DNA of 64,000 nucleotides, taken from Flaccisagitta enflata (Eukaryota). The notes beneath the pieces were generated by a model, which made no database searches, was not told the DNA's origin, and saw nothing but the letters and a program-made list of their open reading frames with translations. Made by a program: the position numbers and the translations under genes. Location of the stretch: contig OZ231126.1 of NCBI GenBank assembly GCA_965153355.1, positions 25,296,001-25,360,000 on the forward strand, read 5' to 3'. Shown here one piece after another: positions 28,240-42,303 of this stretch (its first letter is position 1; each line of letters begins with the position of its first letter).

Positions 28240-28683
28240 CCCTGCATTTGAACTGAAAAGCGATGTAGACCGACTGTACTTACCACGGGACATGGGTGGA
28301 CGCGGGCTGATAGCAATATGGGACGATTCAAGCCAGTACAAGCAGAATTGCCCACGCCCTTATTAATACTGACAATGAAATACTACAACAGTGTATCGTA
28401 ATTGAGAGCAAGTGTCTATTCTCAAACATTACTCGAGCCAAAAAGTATGAGGCAAATGTCACCCTTGAACTACCAAAGAATTTCACCGATAAACCAGTAA
28501 TGGCACAAGCTAGAATCAAAGCTACAGCAATAAAAAATGAGCTGACCAAAAGCCGTTCAAAAGCTTACATGGCAAAACCACAACATAGCGCATACATACG
28601 GCTAATTGGGGAAAATGATGCAGATAGAAAACTCTCCAATGCTTGGCTGAAAAAAAATTTCATTGACCCCCACAAGTTTTATC

Positions 28684-28956
28684 ATAGGAGAAATCTCAGA
28701 ACACTCGTTGCTTAGGTGAAGCCCATATTGTCTTAGCTTTACCAGCATAAGATTTTTTCTTTCAAAATGTTTTTTTCCTTTTTCCTGACTGAGAAAATAG
28801 TGTCACTCTGTAGGCTGGAAAGAGAAAAAAATGCTCAACTGGAATACTTTTGGATTTTCTATTCAGGCAAGTATTATTAGTATTCCAAAGCCAGAAACGG
28901 AAATAACAAAAAGTAAATAAAGCTATTTAAAGAGTGAGGTTCTTCATCTCAGATGT
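28684..28956. mobile_element. AT-rich insertion (probable MITE fragment) in the retrotransposon
   Basis: Interrupts the reading between ...FIDPH and CGAQEMAL; termini and TSD not resolved. Confidence 0.45.
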
Positions 28957-29138
28957 TGTGGAGCCCAAGAAATGGCACTCATAACACGATACCATGAAAG
29001 GCATATTTTGAAAAACAGGGAGGATGATCTCTGCCGCATGTACAAACAGAGTCCTGAAACGATCTTTCACATCTCCGGAGCTTGTGACATCTTAGCCAAA
29101 CGTGAATATTTTACCCGCCACAACAGCATATGTCAGTA

Positions 29139-29650
29139 CAGGGGCGTATTTGAGCCTAGATTATTGGGGCAGCAAGCCAAAACCTGTGTCCCAACGAGTC
29201 TTGTGTCCCAATGATTTTTCTATCACCTATGTAGCTAATTATGCAACTAATATTACTAGTTAGTATTGCTTTTTAATGTAAGTATTGTGTTATCATATAA
29301 AATTAAGTCTTGCTTTACTACAGAGTAAAATGTTTACTATTCAAAGCATAAACAAGACCAAGGATGACATTTTGTTATATGACGTGGTGCCTAATTATCG
29401 TCAAAAATTCTGTCACATTTGGATCATTGCCCTTTTCACCTCTTGGGGTAAAATGGAACTGTTTTCAATCGGACATTCTTAAAGAAAATTTCAATTTTTT
29501 TGGTGAAAATTAGGAAATGAGTAATGGTTGATGAAGAAGGTGGTGAGCATCGACCAAGACAACTAAATGAATGGCGGAAGGGATAAATATGCTCTGTCTG
29601 TAGATTGACCCAATAAAACCCCATTGTATTACAGAGCTCTGGAAACATTT

Positions 29651-29693
<43 letters not shown>

Positions 29694-29769
29694 GTGTCCC
29701 GATGGGGTTTGTGCCCCAACAAAAAGGGCAGCAGCTGCTGCCCCTGACGCCCCATCAAATACGCCCCTG
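29139..29769. mobile_element. Non-autonomous hAT-type MITE
   Basis: Perfect 15-bp TIR CAGGGGCGTATTTGA / TCAAATACGCCCCTG; 8-bp TSD TGTCAGTA (29131-29138, 29770-29777); removal restores the host frame S-I-C-Q-Y-I-H-F. Confidence 0.92.
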
Positions 29770-30354
29770 TGTCAGTACATCCACTTTAAAGTTTTGGAAC
29801 ACTACAAGATGGACACCGGAGCCAACTGGTTCAAACATAAGCCAAAGGAGGTGGTTATTGGAAAAAATGTCGAGATCATATATGACCAGTTGATATCAAC
29901 CACAAGACCAATTGGAGCTAATTGTCCGGACCTAATTATTAAGGATATGGCAAGGAAAAAGGCCTTCATCATCGATATCTCCTGCCCTGTGGACACCAAT
30001 ATCAAGAAGAAAGAGATGGAGAAACTATCAAAATATGGGGGTCTGCGGGTGGAGCTGGAAAGAATGTGGGGTGTAAAGGCAGAAATCATCCCCATCATCG
30101 TGGGGGGGCTGGGCGCAGTGACAAGAAACCTTTCGGATTATCTGGCAAAAATACCGGGGCTTCCTGACTTACACATGTGCCAAAAAATATGCCTGCTGGG
30201 GTCCAAACGCATCCTGATGGACAACCTAAAGTGATAAAGAGCAAACCCAAAGACCAAAGACAGATTTCTAAGACAGTTTTAAGTTCTAAGTCAGTTCCAA
30301 GTTCTAAGTTTTAAGTTCAAAGTTTCTTAAGGCAGTTTTTTAAGCTCGTATTTT

Positions 30355-31473
30355 TTAGTCGCGTGCACGCGACTCTATAACCCGCTCTGTCCGTCCATCC
30401 GTCGGTCGGTAACACTTAGCTTTTTTTCGTCGTTTTACGTCATTTTGAGTCATTTTAAGTCATTTTAAGTCTGGTCTAAGTCTGGTCTAAGTCTGGTCTA
30501 AGTCTGGTCTAAGTCTGGTCTAAGTCTGGTCTAAGTCTGGTCTAAGTCTGGTCTAAGTCTGGTCTAAGTCTGGTCTAAGTCTGGTCTAAGTCTGGTCTAA
30601 GTCTGGTCTAAGTTTGGTCTAAGTTTGGTCTAAGTCTGGTCTAAGTCTGGTCTAAGTCTGGTCTAAGTCTGGTCTAAGTCTGGTCTAAGTCTGGTCTAAG
30701 TCTGGACTAAGTCTGGTCTAAGTCTGGTCTAAGTCTGGTCTAAGTCTGGTCTAAGTCTGGTCTAAGTCTGGTCTAAGTCTGGTCTAAGTCTGGTCTAAGT
30801 CTGGTCTAAGTCTGGTCTAAGTCTGGTCTAAGTCTGGTCTAAGTCTGGTCTAAGTCTGGTCTAAGTCTGGTCTAAGTTTGGTCTAAGTTTGGTCTAAGTC
30901 TGGTCTAAGTCTGGTCTAAGTCTGGTCTAAGTCTGGTCTAAGTCTGGTCAAAGTCTGGTCTAAGTCTGGACTAAGTCTGGTCTAAGTCTGGTCTAAGTCT
31001 GGTCTAAGTCTGGTCTAAGTCTGGTCTAAGTCTGGTCTAAGTCTGGTCTAAGTCTGGTCTAAGTCTGGTCTAAATCTGGTCTAAGTCTGGTCTAAGTCTG
31101 GTCTAAGTCTGGTCTTAGTCTGGTCTTAGTCTGGTCTTAGTCTGGTTTAAGTCTGGTTTAAGTCTGGTTTAAGTCTGGTTTAAGTCTGGTTTAAGTCTGG
31201 TTTTAGTCTGGTTTTAGTCTGGTTTTAGTCTGGTTTTAGTCTGGTTTTAGTCTGGTTTTAGTCTGGTTTAAGTCTGGTTTAAGTCTGGTTTTAGTCTGGT
31301 TTAAGTCTGGTTTATGTCTGGTTTAAGTCTGGTTTATGTCTGGTTTAAGTCTGGTTTAAGTCTGGTTTAAGTCTGGTTTAAGTCTGGATTAAGCCAATAA
31401 AGTGATAAAATAAGGAGTCAGGTCAATTCAGTTATCTTTGTCTCGCACGCGACTTATAGGTGTTGGCCTTGTT
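30355..31473 (+). mobile_element. HINE family A carrying an 11-bp satellite (AAGTCTGGTCT)n, about 30468-31392
   Basis: 5' AGTCGCGTGCACGCGACT and 3' GCACGCGACTTATAGGTGTTGGCCTTGTT enclose about 84 units. Confidence 0.9.
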
Positions 31474-31523
31474 TCCTATGAAGACAGGCGCTCTTCCGGA
31501 GAAATGAACAATGCGCCCAGAGC

Positions 31524-31576
<53 letters not shown>

Positions 31577-31651
31577 ATGCCTCGTCAATCGTCTAGCAAT
31601 TCTCGTTGATCTTTTTTCAATTGCAATTTCAGAGACTTTTTCCTTCGCGGC

Positions 31652-31682
<31 letters not shown>

Positions 31683-31756
31683 GGTGATTCAGTACCGACC
31701 TTAACATATTCCTTCACTGAGGCTTCACGTCGTTTGGCATGCATCTTTTGCACTTT

Positions 31757-31936
31757 TTAGTTGCGGACACGCAACTCTATAAGAGGCTTTGTCCGTCGGT
31801 CGGTTGGTCGGTCGGTTGGTCGGTTGGTTGGTTGGTTGGTCGGTCCGTAGAGGTGATCGAGTCGAAAAGTGGGAAAACGCGCATTTCCGCCCCTGCCCAC
31901 CCGCCCGCAACTGGTGGCCGTGTATCCGGCCTTGTT
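31757..31936 (+). mobile_element. HINE family A variant
   Basis: 5' AGTTGCGGACACGCAACT, 3' CCGCAACT and GGCCGTGTATCCGGCC hairpin. Confidence 0.85.
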
Positions 31937-32448
31937 AGACACTGTTACATTATTTTGATATTCATGACCTCCACTCCAATCTTTGCTTCGAATTTCTACC
32001 TAATTTGCATTTTGTAATTTGTTGGAATGTGATTGATTATTTCGTGATAGTTTGAGTTAATTCTCTCATAACTTGTAAATTAGATATCATTTATGTAAAA
32101 CTTTCGGTCCCACTGATCACGCATCGAGGTCGATGCATTTTACTAAAATTCAGGGATGCCCTCATTAAGGATAAAAGTTTTCTTGTAGGTGAAATCAATC
32201 GGTCTCTTCTAACCTCTCGTTGCTCACTGATCGATGACAACTGTTTTTTTAATCCTCTTTAATCAAAAATTTTTCGTCGGTCACATCAGTGGGAATCATT
32301 TGTAGATGACAGAAAGTTAACCCTCTCAAAGGATAAATAAACATCCTACTATCTACACAAAACAAATTATCAAATTAAACAAGAAGGTACGAATGATCTT
32401 TCCTCTGTGATTGTCCATTCAATGTGTCGGTCTGTCTGTCTCTCTGTG

Positions 32449-32507
<59 letters not shown>

Positions 32508-32996
32508 CCTTCCCTCTTCACGTTTATTGCCGAGGCTATGACCCATGTAAACGTTTTAGTGACTTCGGTTGAAGCTGCTCCGGGACGAAATAAGCAACGA
32601 CGACGAAAAGGGGACGAAGAAGGGAGAGAAGTAAAAAGAAAAAGAAAGAATAGAAGGAGGAAAGAGAAAAAAGAAAAAGAAAGAGAACAAGAAATGATAT
32701 ACAATAGCGAAAAAGAGAGAATGAAAAGAAGAAAAAAAGGCCTTCTTTTCGTTTTTCTATTGGAGAGAAAGAAAGGGAGAAAAAAAAGAACGAGAAAAGT
32801 AAAGAACAAAACTGGCAAACAAAGGGTTTTACTGGTCATAAACAAATCGGCAAATTGCTCGATTCAATTTGAGTGACAAATTTACGAGGAAAGCTTGTCA
32901 TTTTTACGAGGACGTTTGACGATGTAAAAATGCTCGTAAATTCTGACTTTTACGGGTTTCGGGGGCGGGATCGACACCTCCAGAGACGAGACAAAC

Positions 32997-33113
<117 letters not shown>

Positions 33114-33487
33114 AACGGAGGTTGGGCATCAAAGACAGTTATGCGGTGGTGTTTTTAGAGGAGAATGTTTGTTAACTTAATCCTTGAAAAAGTTAAAAAC
33201 AATTTACAGCGACTTTTATAGCTTTCGTTTTTACGTTTTCCAAACGCACCTCTGCAAGGAAAAAACGGGTGCATTGATCTGTTGGCCAAGCGATAATCAT
33301 TGGGTAAAAATGGTTTTCATACGGATTGTCGATGTTAATCATGGAAAAAATGATGGAAATTAATGGCGAGCTTGTTCTGGTTAGTATTTTACAAGGCCAT
33401 GATGATTATCTTTGAATCATCTGAGAAAAAGAAAGGAATGCAAGAAACGAAAATTGAATCAGAGATAAAATGGTTTCGTAAATGTTC

Positions 33488-33747
<260 letters not shown>

Positions 33748-33760
33748 AAACAACAACAGT

Positions 33761-33854
<94 letters not shown>

Positions 33855-33866
33855 GCAACAAAAACG

Positions 33867-33960
<94 letters not shown>

Positions 33961-34151
33961 AAACACAAACAACAACAACATGGATAATACACAAAACGAG
34001 GGAGCCAAAAGTTCTGAAAAAGGGGGTAAAAGAAAACTTGTTGCAAAGTCAGAAATCAGAAGCAGAAAAAAAGATTTATTACGAATCCATTAATCAAAAG
34101 TCGAAATTGATCAAAGGTCGACAAATTTGGGCCAATATGCAATGAAGGAAG

Positions 34152-34285
<134 letters not shown>

Positions 34286-34469
34286 CGGAGAGATAGAAGT
34301 AGAACGACAGAGAGACAGAGCCTTGCGAAGAGTCAGACATTGAGACAAACATAGCGAGAGAGAGAAAAGGGCAGAGAAAAACAGGAAAATTAAGTTGCTG
34401 AAAAGAGAGAATAACAGACGGACAGACGCACAGACAGAAAGAGAGAGATAGATGGTCAGAGAGAATGTA

Positions 34470-35093
34470 CAGTGCGGCTCATAAAAAAGTTTCCAGCAGA
34501 TTAGAAGCTAATCACTTCCATTGTAATCACTTTAAACAATTAAAATCCATGAGATTTTTAAACTTTATCAAAAACTCTACAAATCTAGTCTAACCACATT
34601 TGTGTGACTCAAATTGTTAAAAAACTATAAAGGTACAAAGATGATAAGCAATTTACTTATGCTTTGAAGCAAACAGCTTTTGACAGAACACAAGGTTGAT
34701 CTTGTTTTCTTTAAATATATTGAAAACGATCTATTATTCTTATATCATATCCATGACCATTTTAAAGAGCTTCAAAAACTCTACAAATCTAGACCAAGCA
34801 GAAGTTTTTGGCTTGATTCGTTTTGAAATGACATAAGTTTAAAGTTAACTAGTCATGTTTTTTACAAGGCAAAATATCATAATTTCTTGCTCCTTTTTCC
34901 TAAGGCAATTTTGATATGTACTTCTTCAAATCAATGCCACGCCTAAACGAATCGAGCTAGAAATCTGGGATTGAACTCAAATTGATGAAAATAAAAAATT
35001 GTTCAATAATCTCACCAATAAATTTCTTTTATCATTTACAAAACTTGCAAAATGTTAATGACAAAACTGGAAACTTTTTTATGAGCCTCACTG
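34470..35093. mobile_element. Tc1/mariner-type MITE
   Basis: TA-CAGTGCGGCTCATAAAAAAGTTTCCAG ... CTGGAAACTTTTTTATGAGCCTCACTG-TA; TIR related to the 13202 element. Confidence 0.85.
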
Positions 35094-35604
35094 TAAATTA
35101 GATACGCAGTAACACAATGAAAGAATAAAATAAATCTCATGACAAATACATCCACAGGCAAAGACCGATCGAGAGAATGCATTTAAGAGATACTGTTTGA
35201 ATCTTAAAGAAAGAATGGTATCCTGTTCACAGAACTCAGTGCAGAGACATGAGGATCTCTGGATTTTTTTTTTTTTTTTTTTTGTCAAAGACAAAACGAT
35301 TCACTCCCTTTTTAATTTTCCAAAAGGATTCTAAAGAAGATAAGAAGGGGCCTATGCTAGATGAAAAAAAATATGTTAAGTTTCAAAACATTTTGACAGA
35401 AAAAAAAATGAAGAAAATGAGAAGAAAAGAATAGAAAAAAAGTGGGAGCTAAAAAATGAGGAGAAATTTTGAAGCAGTTTTTATAAAAGAAAAAAAAACT
35501 CCTCTCTTGGCTTTTGGCGCGTTCAAAGCTTTGATGCGATCCTTACAAAATTGCGTTGGCCTCATTTTATAGAATCCTGTTTTTCTTCAAAAAAATCATT
35601 CTTT

Positions 35605-36573
35605 TTAGTCGTGTGCTACGTGACTCTACACCCCGCTATGTCGGTCGGTCGGTCGGTCGGTCGGTCGGTCGGTCGGTCGGTCGGTCGGTCGGTCGGTCGG
35701 TCGGTCGGTCGGTCGGTCGGTCGGTCGGTCGGTCGGTCGGTCGGTCGGTCGGTCGGTCGGTCGGTCGGTCGGTCGGTCGGTCGGTCGGTCGGTCGGTCGG
35801 TCGGTCGGTCGGTCGGTCGGTCGGTCGGTCGGTCGGTCGGTCGGTCGGTCGGTCGGTCGGTCGGTCCCCTGTTGGGCAGCGGCCCCGAAAGGGTCGATGA
35901 CCTATGCTTCACACATATGGGAATTTTTCCTCCTCCTCCTTCTCCTTCTTCTTCGTACCCCCCCTCAAATCCCAGTCTTGAGGCCCAAATTCCAGTCTCG
36001 AGGCCCAAATCCAAGCCTCGAGGCCCAAATCCAAGCCTTCAGGCCCAAATCCTAGCCTGGAGGCCCAGATTTTAGCCTTGAGGCCAAAATCTCAGTCTCA
36101 AGGTCCAAACTCCGGCTAAGAGGTCCAGTTCCCAGCCTTGAGGCCCAAATATCAGCCTCCAGGCTAGGATTTGGGCCTGGAGGCTAGGATTTGGGCCTGG
36201 AAGCTTGGTTTTGGGCCTCGAGACTGTGATTTGGGCCTCATGACTGGAATTTGGGCCTCAAGACTGGGATTTGAGGGGGGGACGGAGGAGAAGGAGGAGG
36301 AGGAGGAGGAGGAGAAAATTCCCCATATGTGTGAAAGCATAGGTCATCGACCCCTTCGGGGCCGCTGCCCTGCTCCCCCCTCAACTTTAACCACAACCTA
36401 CTTTGGCAGGGCACGGGTACCGCTGACCACCAAACGCTTTTGCGACTATTTACTTTTTCGGTGTTTTTGAGCTTTTTGAGCATATGGCTCCTGCCCAGAT
36501 GCCCTAGTGACCTTCTCCAGCACTGCCCCTGCCCACCGCACGCGACTAGGGTATCCGAGTATCCGGCCTTGTT
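35605..36573 (+). mobile_element. HINE family A with expanded (GGTC)n (35641-35866) and a nested family B1 element (35872-36450)
   Basis: The uninterrupted relative at 59883-60091 shows the empty site. Confidence 0.9.
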
Positions 36574-36943
36574 AAGATTTGAAGAAGGTTTTTTCTTTTC
36601 GATAAAGTATTTGTGATGAAGGGACGAGACGAGGAGAGAAATTTTGAGAAAGGGCGGGAATCCCTCCCTTACACGGTCGTGTGATACTTTATTCTTGAAA
36701 TTATCAAATACGAAAAGTTAAGTCAGATTTTCAATAATGCGTGAGAGAATAAGGAAAGAAGAATAAAATCCACACAAAAACTTGGTCATAGCACACAAAA
36801 CATGGTGAAACGTTTTACTAGTTTTGCAGTGAAACTCGTCAGAGACATGATTTTTGAAAGACAACCGATATAGATTCAAATCAAAGGTACAAAGTAGGAT
36901 TTTATTAATTGACCTATGGTATTTCTAAATAAAGTGTCATAGA

Positions 36944-37072
36944 AACAAGGCCTAGTAGGCCAATAAGGTGCGACGTGTGGATCGTCGAATGAATGCGTTA
37001 CCGACCAAATAACCGACCAACCGACCAATCAACGGACACAGCCAGTTATAGAGGTGCTTTGTCGCACCTTAA
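36944..37072 (-). mobile_element. HINE of a distinct sequence family (C)
   Basis: 5' AGGTGCGACAAAGCACCT, GTCG/GTTG repeat, 3' GTCGCACCT and GGCCTACTAGGCC hairpin, ends CTTGTT. Confidence 0.75.
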
Positions 37073-37078
37073 GGGAAT

Positions 37079-37277
37079 TACGGATACACGGCCACTAAGG
37101 TCGCTTGGGGGTGGGCGGGGGTACTGATAAAATAGGCCTATCAACTTTTCTGGCAGGGACGGTGAGGCAAAAACCGTACATTAATGCCAAAAAAGCAAAG
37201 TAAGACAGACTAGCAGACAGACCGACCGACCGACAGTACGTAGACCGGGTCATAGAGATGCGTGCACGCGGCTGAAA
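37079..37277 (-). mobile_element. Diverged HINE family A
   Basis: CGGATACACGGCC end, GACC repeat, GCGTGCACGCG end. Confidence 0.7.
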
Positions 37278-39687
37278 AAAAATGTTTTTTTCCATGAGTG
37301 TGCGAAAGTTATGATTCCTCAACATGAAATAACAAAAAAGTTATACCATCACCGCTGTCTTCTAATCTTCAATTGTTAAGCAAAAAATCTTTGGGAAAAA
37401 AACCGTGAGATTTGTTCTTCTTTCGATTCGCGCATATTCGTAGATAACGAAGTCGATTGAGAGCGAAGTCGATTGTTAAAAGTTCATTAATTACAGCGTT
37501 AGTTACTGACAGACAAGTTGACAGGAAATGATTGCGCTCTTCTCGTTTATCGGTCACCGTCTCGTGTCTGAGTTTATAATTACTTGAGCCTTGTTTATAA
37601 AACGAGTTGCCCAGAGTTTTCTCAGTGTATTCATTGGGGGGGTTGGGAATATCAGCACCCCCAGCACCACCACCCCTCTTTAACTCCCTTACCGCCAAGT
37701 CTCATCCCCCCGACAACCACTCCTTTACCCCCAACCCTCATTGATCATTTTCCTGACCATTACCCCTGCATGACATCATAATGTCCATCTCCGATTCCCC
37801 GGACGCCACCCCTTCTTTCTGCATTACCCCTAACCATTACCCCCTTGACCAATGACCACCGCCTTTCCACCACTCATTCTTCACCACCCCTCGTCCCCCT
37901 GACCACCGCCCTTCCACATCATGGCACGCCCAAACACAAACACAAACAAATCATTTGAGTTTGGAGTTCCAGTAATGAGATAAGTCGTTATGCACTACCT
38001 GGAATCTCGCCATTGTTTTCCGAAGAAAACTATGGAAATGAGGAAGGACATTTGTTAGTAGAAAATCCCTCGTCAACAGAAAAAAAGAGAGAAAAAAATG
38101 TTAAGTTCACCGGAAGATGATAATGGTGTAAAATGATAAAAAAGAATTAAGAAAAAAAGAACTCGTGCTCAAACTCATATAACATTTGCATCATAGTGCA
38201 GTGGACAGAGTACATGTGATATGTTGATGGAAACAACAGTTGCTTCACTGCCCTGCCAACGCCGGGCCTATATTTTTTTTATGGCTATATAGCAGTAAAG
38301 TGGTACAGTTGAAGCCATGGGACTTATACATTACATCTGCTATAGGCAAAAATCTGTCATTGCCAATGAGGGAAATGTAAGAAAATAATGTAAAGGGACC
38401 AAGATATATATCTAGATATCACACATCTGTCACATGCGGATTTCCGTTACTTTTGGATTCTTTATAACATCTGTTTCATAATTATCGTCACAACATTGAA
38501 AGCGGGAAAACTGCACAAGATTTTGTCAAAAAGTCGTGGAATTTTTACCGGAGATAGCTGAATACTAGTTATCAAGTATGTTTTACAAAAGGTAGAAAGA
38601 GAGTTAAGCTCATGCAGTTGCAGTAAATGGCATCAATGTGAAAATCCCCACATAGTATTTTACATATTTTCATCCACTTTTTTATCACCTTTTTAATAGC
38701 CTATGTCTCAGTTGTTTTTTAATGGATTTGCAGAAAGTTGGTGACGGTTAAAAAGGTCTTAAAAAGATCTTCAAAATGGGAACAATCTAGCATTTCTAGC
38801 TTCAATCATTTAAAAGATATAAGCAAGACAAAACTGACACTCTAAGAAATGGGAAAATTCTATGACCTGTACCTCATGAAGGTCAAACGCAGCTTTACAC
38901 GTAATTTGGCCTTCGGAATATTTAAAAACTGGTGGATTCCCTCTTTCATACCAATAGGCTGTATAAGACTGCAAGAAATCTATGAGCATTGTTGATATCA
39001 ACCCCAAATTGATAAAATCACATTTGCGTGACGATAAATATGGAACAGATGTTAGGGGGGGTCTTACTGCATTTCTTTAGTATGTATATAGAAATGTTGC
39101 ATGCTCATTTCTTTATCTGCCAGAATTTACATCATCGAGATCAGTCCACCTTATCTACTTCATTTCCAAGATTACATTTACATCGCGCAATCATTCGTGG
39201 TTTTGACACATTCTTTTAACTTCCTCAGACCAAATGCCACGAATTTTCAAAACTCACCATCGTTTAATCCTTTTCTTTTCTTTTTTTTTTTTTCAGTTCT
39301 AGGTCCACTTGGTCTTACTGTCATCTTGGTCTCAGACTACTCTGTCATCATTGTCTCTCAGACCACCCTCGTCATTATTGTCTCAGACTACTCCGTCACT
39401 GCCACTGTCATAACTTCAGACCACTCCGTCATCTCGGTTGACGGAGATGGTGGTTTCGTCATTGTCGTCGTCGTCGTCATCGTCGTTGCCATCATCGTCG
39501 TCGTCGTCTTCATCGTCGTCATCGTCATCGTCGTTGCCGTCATCGTCGTCGTGGATGGCGCGAGTTTCTTTACTCCCCTTTACCGCTCCACGTCTCGGCT
39601 TAGCCTTGATCCCAACGAGACACGGTTGAAGAATTCCAAATTCAAACAAGACAATTGAGAAAGAGAAAATTTCAAAAGAAAAGAGAA

Positions 39688-39801
<114 letters not shown>

Positions 39802-40413
39802 GCGGGAGATGGGAATAAAAACGGTGTCTCAAGTTGAAATCTGGCTGGGTGGTCTCTCTCTCTCTTTTTTTTCTTTCTCTCCATTTCCTTCCATGTTCCT
39901 TGCATTTGATCCCAAGCTTCACTTTTCAATGTTGCAGTTTTAACCCTCAAAATATGTGTGTCATTCCCTCGAAACTTCAATTTACAATTTCAAATCCACT
40001 TCATTCTTCCTTGTATTGCTTCCAAATTCCCTATCGGACCGTTGCAATGCGTTAGGCCATAGCTTTATAACTATTTCAGTTATCTTATTTGCATAAAGAT
40101 AATTTCAATGAAGCCATGTTGTACTCTTTTTTTAGTTGCGGACACGCAACTTTATGATAGGCTTATGCTTTGCTAACTCTATTCACAGGCTCGGTCACTC
40201 ACTTCGCTCACTCCCTCACGAGATGATTGAAAATCTTGAATATGTGTTCACGCTGTAAACGCGTTCAAAGGGAAAAAGCCAATTTTGTTCGGCACTAGAA
40301 ACACGCCCTCAGTCTCACTCAAAATACTGATGCTTACTATACTTTCTTTGCAATACATCTTTATCTCGCAACCAATGAAATTTGGACACAATTTCTATTC
40401 AACTACGTAAATA

Positions 40414-40624
40414 AACAAGGCCGGATACACGGCTACCGAAGTCGCGTGCGGGTGGGCAGGGGCCATATTTGAGGTCACCAGACCATTTGGGCAAGAGCAG
40501 GGAGGTCAAAGTAATAAAATCATTAAAAAAGTAAAGTGTGACCAACCAACCGACCAACTGACCAACCGACCAACCGACCGACCGACGGACAAAGCGGGTT
40601 GTAGAGTCGCGTGCACGCGACTAA
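40414..40624 (-). mobile_element. HINE family A (near-canonical copy)
   Basis: AACAAGGCCGGATACACGGC..AGTCGCGTGCGGGTGGGCAGG ... AGTCGCGTGCACGCGACTAA. Confidence 0.9.
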
Positions 40625-41740
40625 AATCTTTAATCAGGACCTTCCTCAATGATTTATCATATAATCCAACCAGTCTCTCCGAGTCAACCCCAAATTCTAT
40701 AATGATTTGGTGCACCTCGACCACCCCCACCCAAACGCGCCAGACACCCCTGGGCGCATACCTCTGTCGCGTCTACCTTCTTTCGCTCCCACAGAGTCTG
40801 TAAAATTCTGCCTTCTGTCAATCATCGTTAGAAAAAGGGGGGGGGGGGCGACTTCATGACACTAAATAACGAAACTGCTTTTTCGCCATTGATTCGATCA
40901 TCTAAACCACATTAAAGCGATTAAGACCACTTCCAAAGTGATTAGAGCTCGAAAGGGAATTTTTAAATAGCCTGGGCCGAGATCGCGAAAGATCGCGCTT
41001 CTACCCTGGTTAACAACGTCTGAAGGCTGATAGAGTGGGAAATTGAGGGATGAAGGAAGGACGAGAAAAGAAAGAGTAAAGAGGTGAGAGAAAGGATGGG
41101 ACAGTGGAGAAGTGTTCAGGTGAGGGAGAGCAAAGAGTAACGTGAGGAGGTGCGGACTGTTGAGCTGAAATGTGTATTAGAAACTGGAAACTAACATGGT
41201 GTATACGTATACAACCCCCCCCCCCCCCGTCGCGGACGGGTGGGCAGGCACGGAAAACCTCAAAGAACACCGCCTGACCGACTGACACAGCAGCGTATAG
41301 AGTCCGCGACTAAAAAGAGTGAGGAAATGATTTCAAAGAAAAACGGGACAAAGAGCTCTTCTACCATTGTATCTCAGAATAAGCGCCAGTCAATGTAAAG
41401 TGGAAACAGAAAATATGATAAATTGCATGATCGGCAACAGGAAGCAACAGAAAGTCATGGCCATGGAGGATTGGAATCTAGGTCCGGAACAAAGTTGGGA
41501 AAAATAAGTTTCTTCGCTTGAACGACAATGGGAAAGGGTTAGGAGGCAACGTAGATTGTGGAGAGTCAGAGGTTCAGAGCGGTATGAAGGTAGGAAGGGT
41601 GAAATTACGGAAAGAAAGGGCAACGTCAACAAAGAGTAAAGAGGCAACAGAATGACGCGCAAAGAGAACCGAACCACCCTTGAGTTCAAACTGCACTTAA
41701 CATAATTTCGTGTACGATACTAATTTAGATAAGAAGGAAT

Positions 41741-41844
<104 letters not shown>

Positions 41845-42215
41845 CATATTAGGGGTTAACAAGGGACATGAATGAGTTCATGATTGCGGATTTTTGAGGT
41901 AGGAATAAAGGCAAAGTCTTCGCAGGTGGTCTCAAGAGTCAAGAGTAAAGAACGGCAAGTTAAGGCCTGAAGAGCCAATATCGCTGTCTTGGTCATTGGA
42001 CACGAAAGAGACGACAGCGTTGACAAATTGAAGAGGATGATAACTCTGAATGATTGAATGAGAAAGAATGGTATCAAATGATAAATACATGTATGAATGA
42101 GGAGCTTGTTGGAATGAATGAGGAAATGCGCTGGAAAAAAATCAAAAGTGGAAATATATTGGAATGTATTTGCTTGTATCAATGGGTGGAAAAAATGGAT
42201 TTAGTAAGATTCAAA

Positions 42216-42248
42216 GAATGAATGAATGAACGAGTCAAACATTCAATT

Positions 42249-42303
<55 letters not shown>

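Larger units (their letters stand above)
28240..30234 (+). mobile_element. 5'-truncated, decayed RLE-type non-LTR retrotransposon (R4/Dong/Rex6-like), split by two insertions
   Basis: Fragments read DRLYLPRDMGGRGL (RT C-terminal region), GAQEMAL, CRM(Y)..ETIFHISGAC (CCHC knuckle), RHN, PD..IIDISCP..EKLSKY (restriction-like endonuclease), IPIIVGGLG, QKICLLGS..IL; frameshift near 28326. Confidence 0.85.

Noticed and set aside
29692-30234. Stand-alone 180-aa nuclease gene
   Set aside because: The N-terminus derives from the hAT MITE end; the rest is the retrotransposon RLE domain.
30468-31392. Telomeric repeat
   Set aside because: The 11-mer is enclosed by HINE termini and does not match TTAGG/TTAGGG-type repeats.
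39101-39658. Membrane-protein-like or Asp/Thr-rich ORFs
   Set aside because: Built from (GTC/ATC)n and short degenerate GTCTCAGACTACTC repeats; no domain signal.
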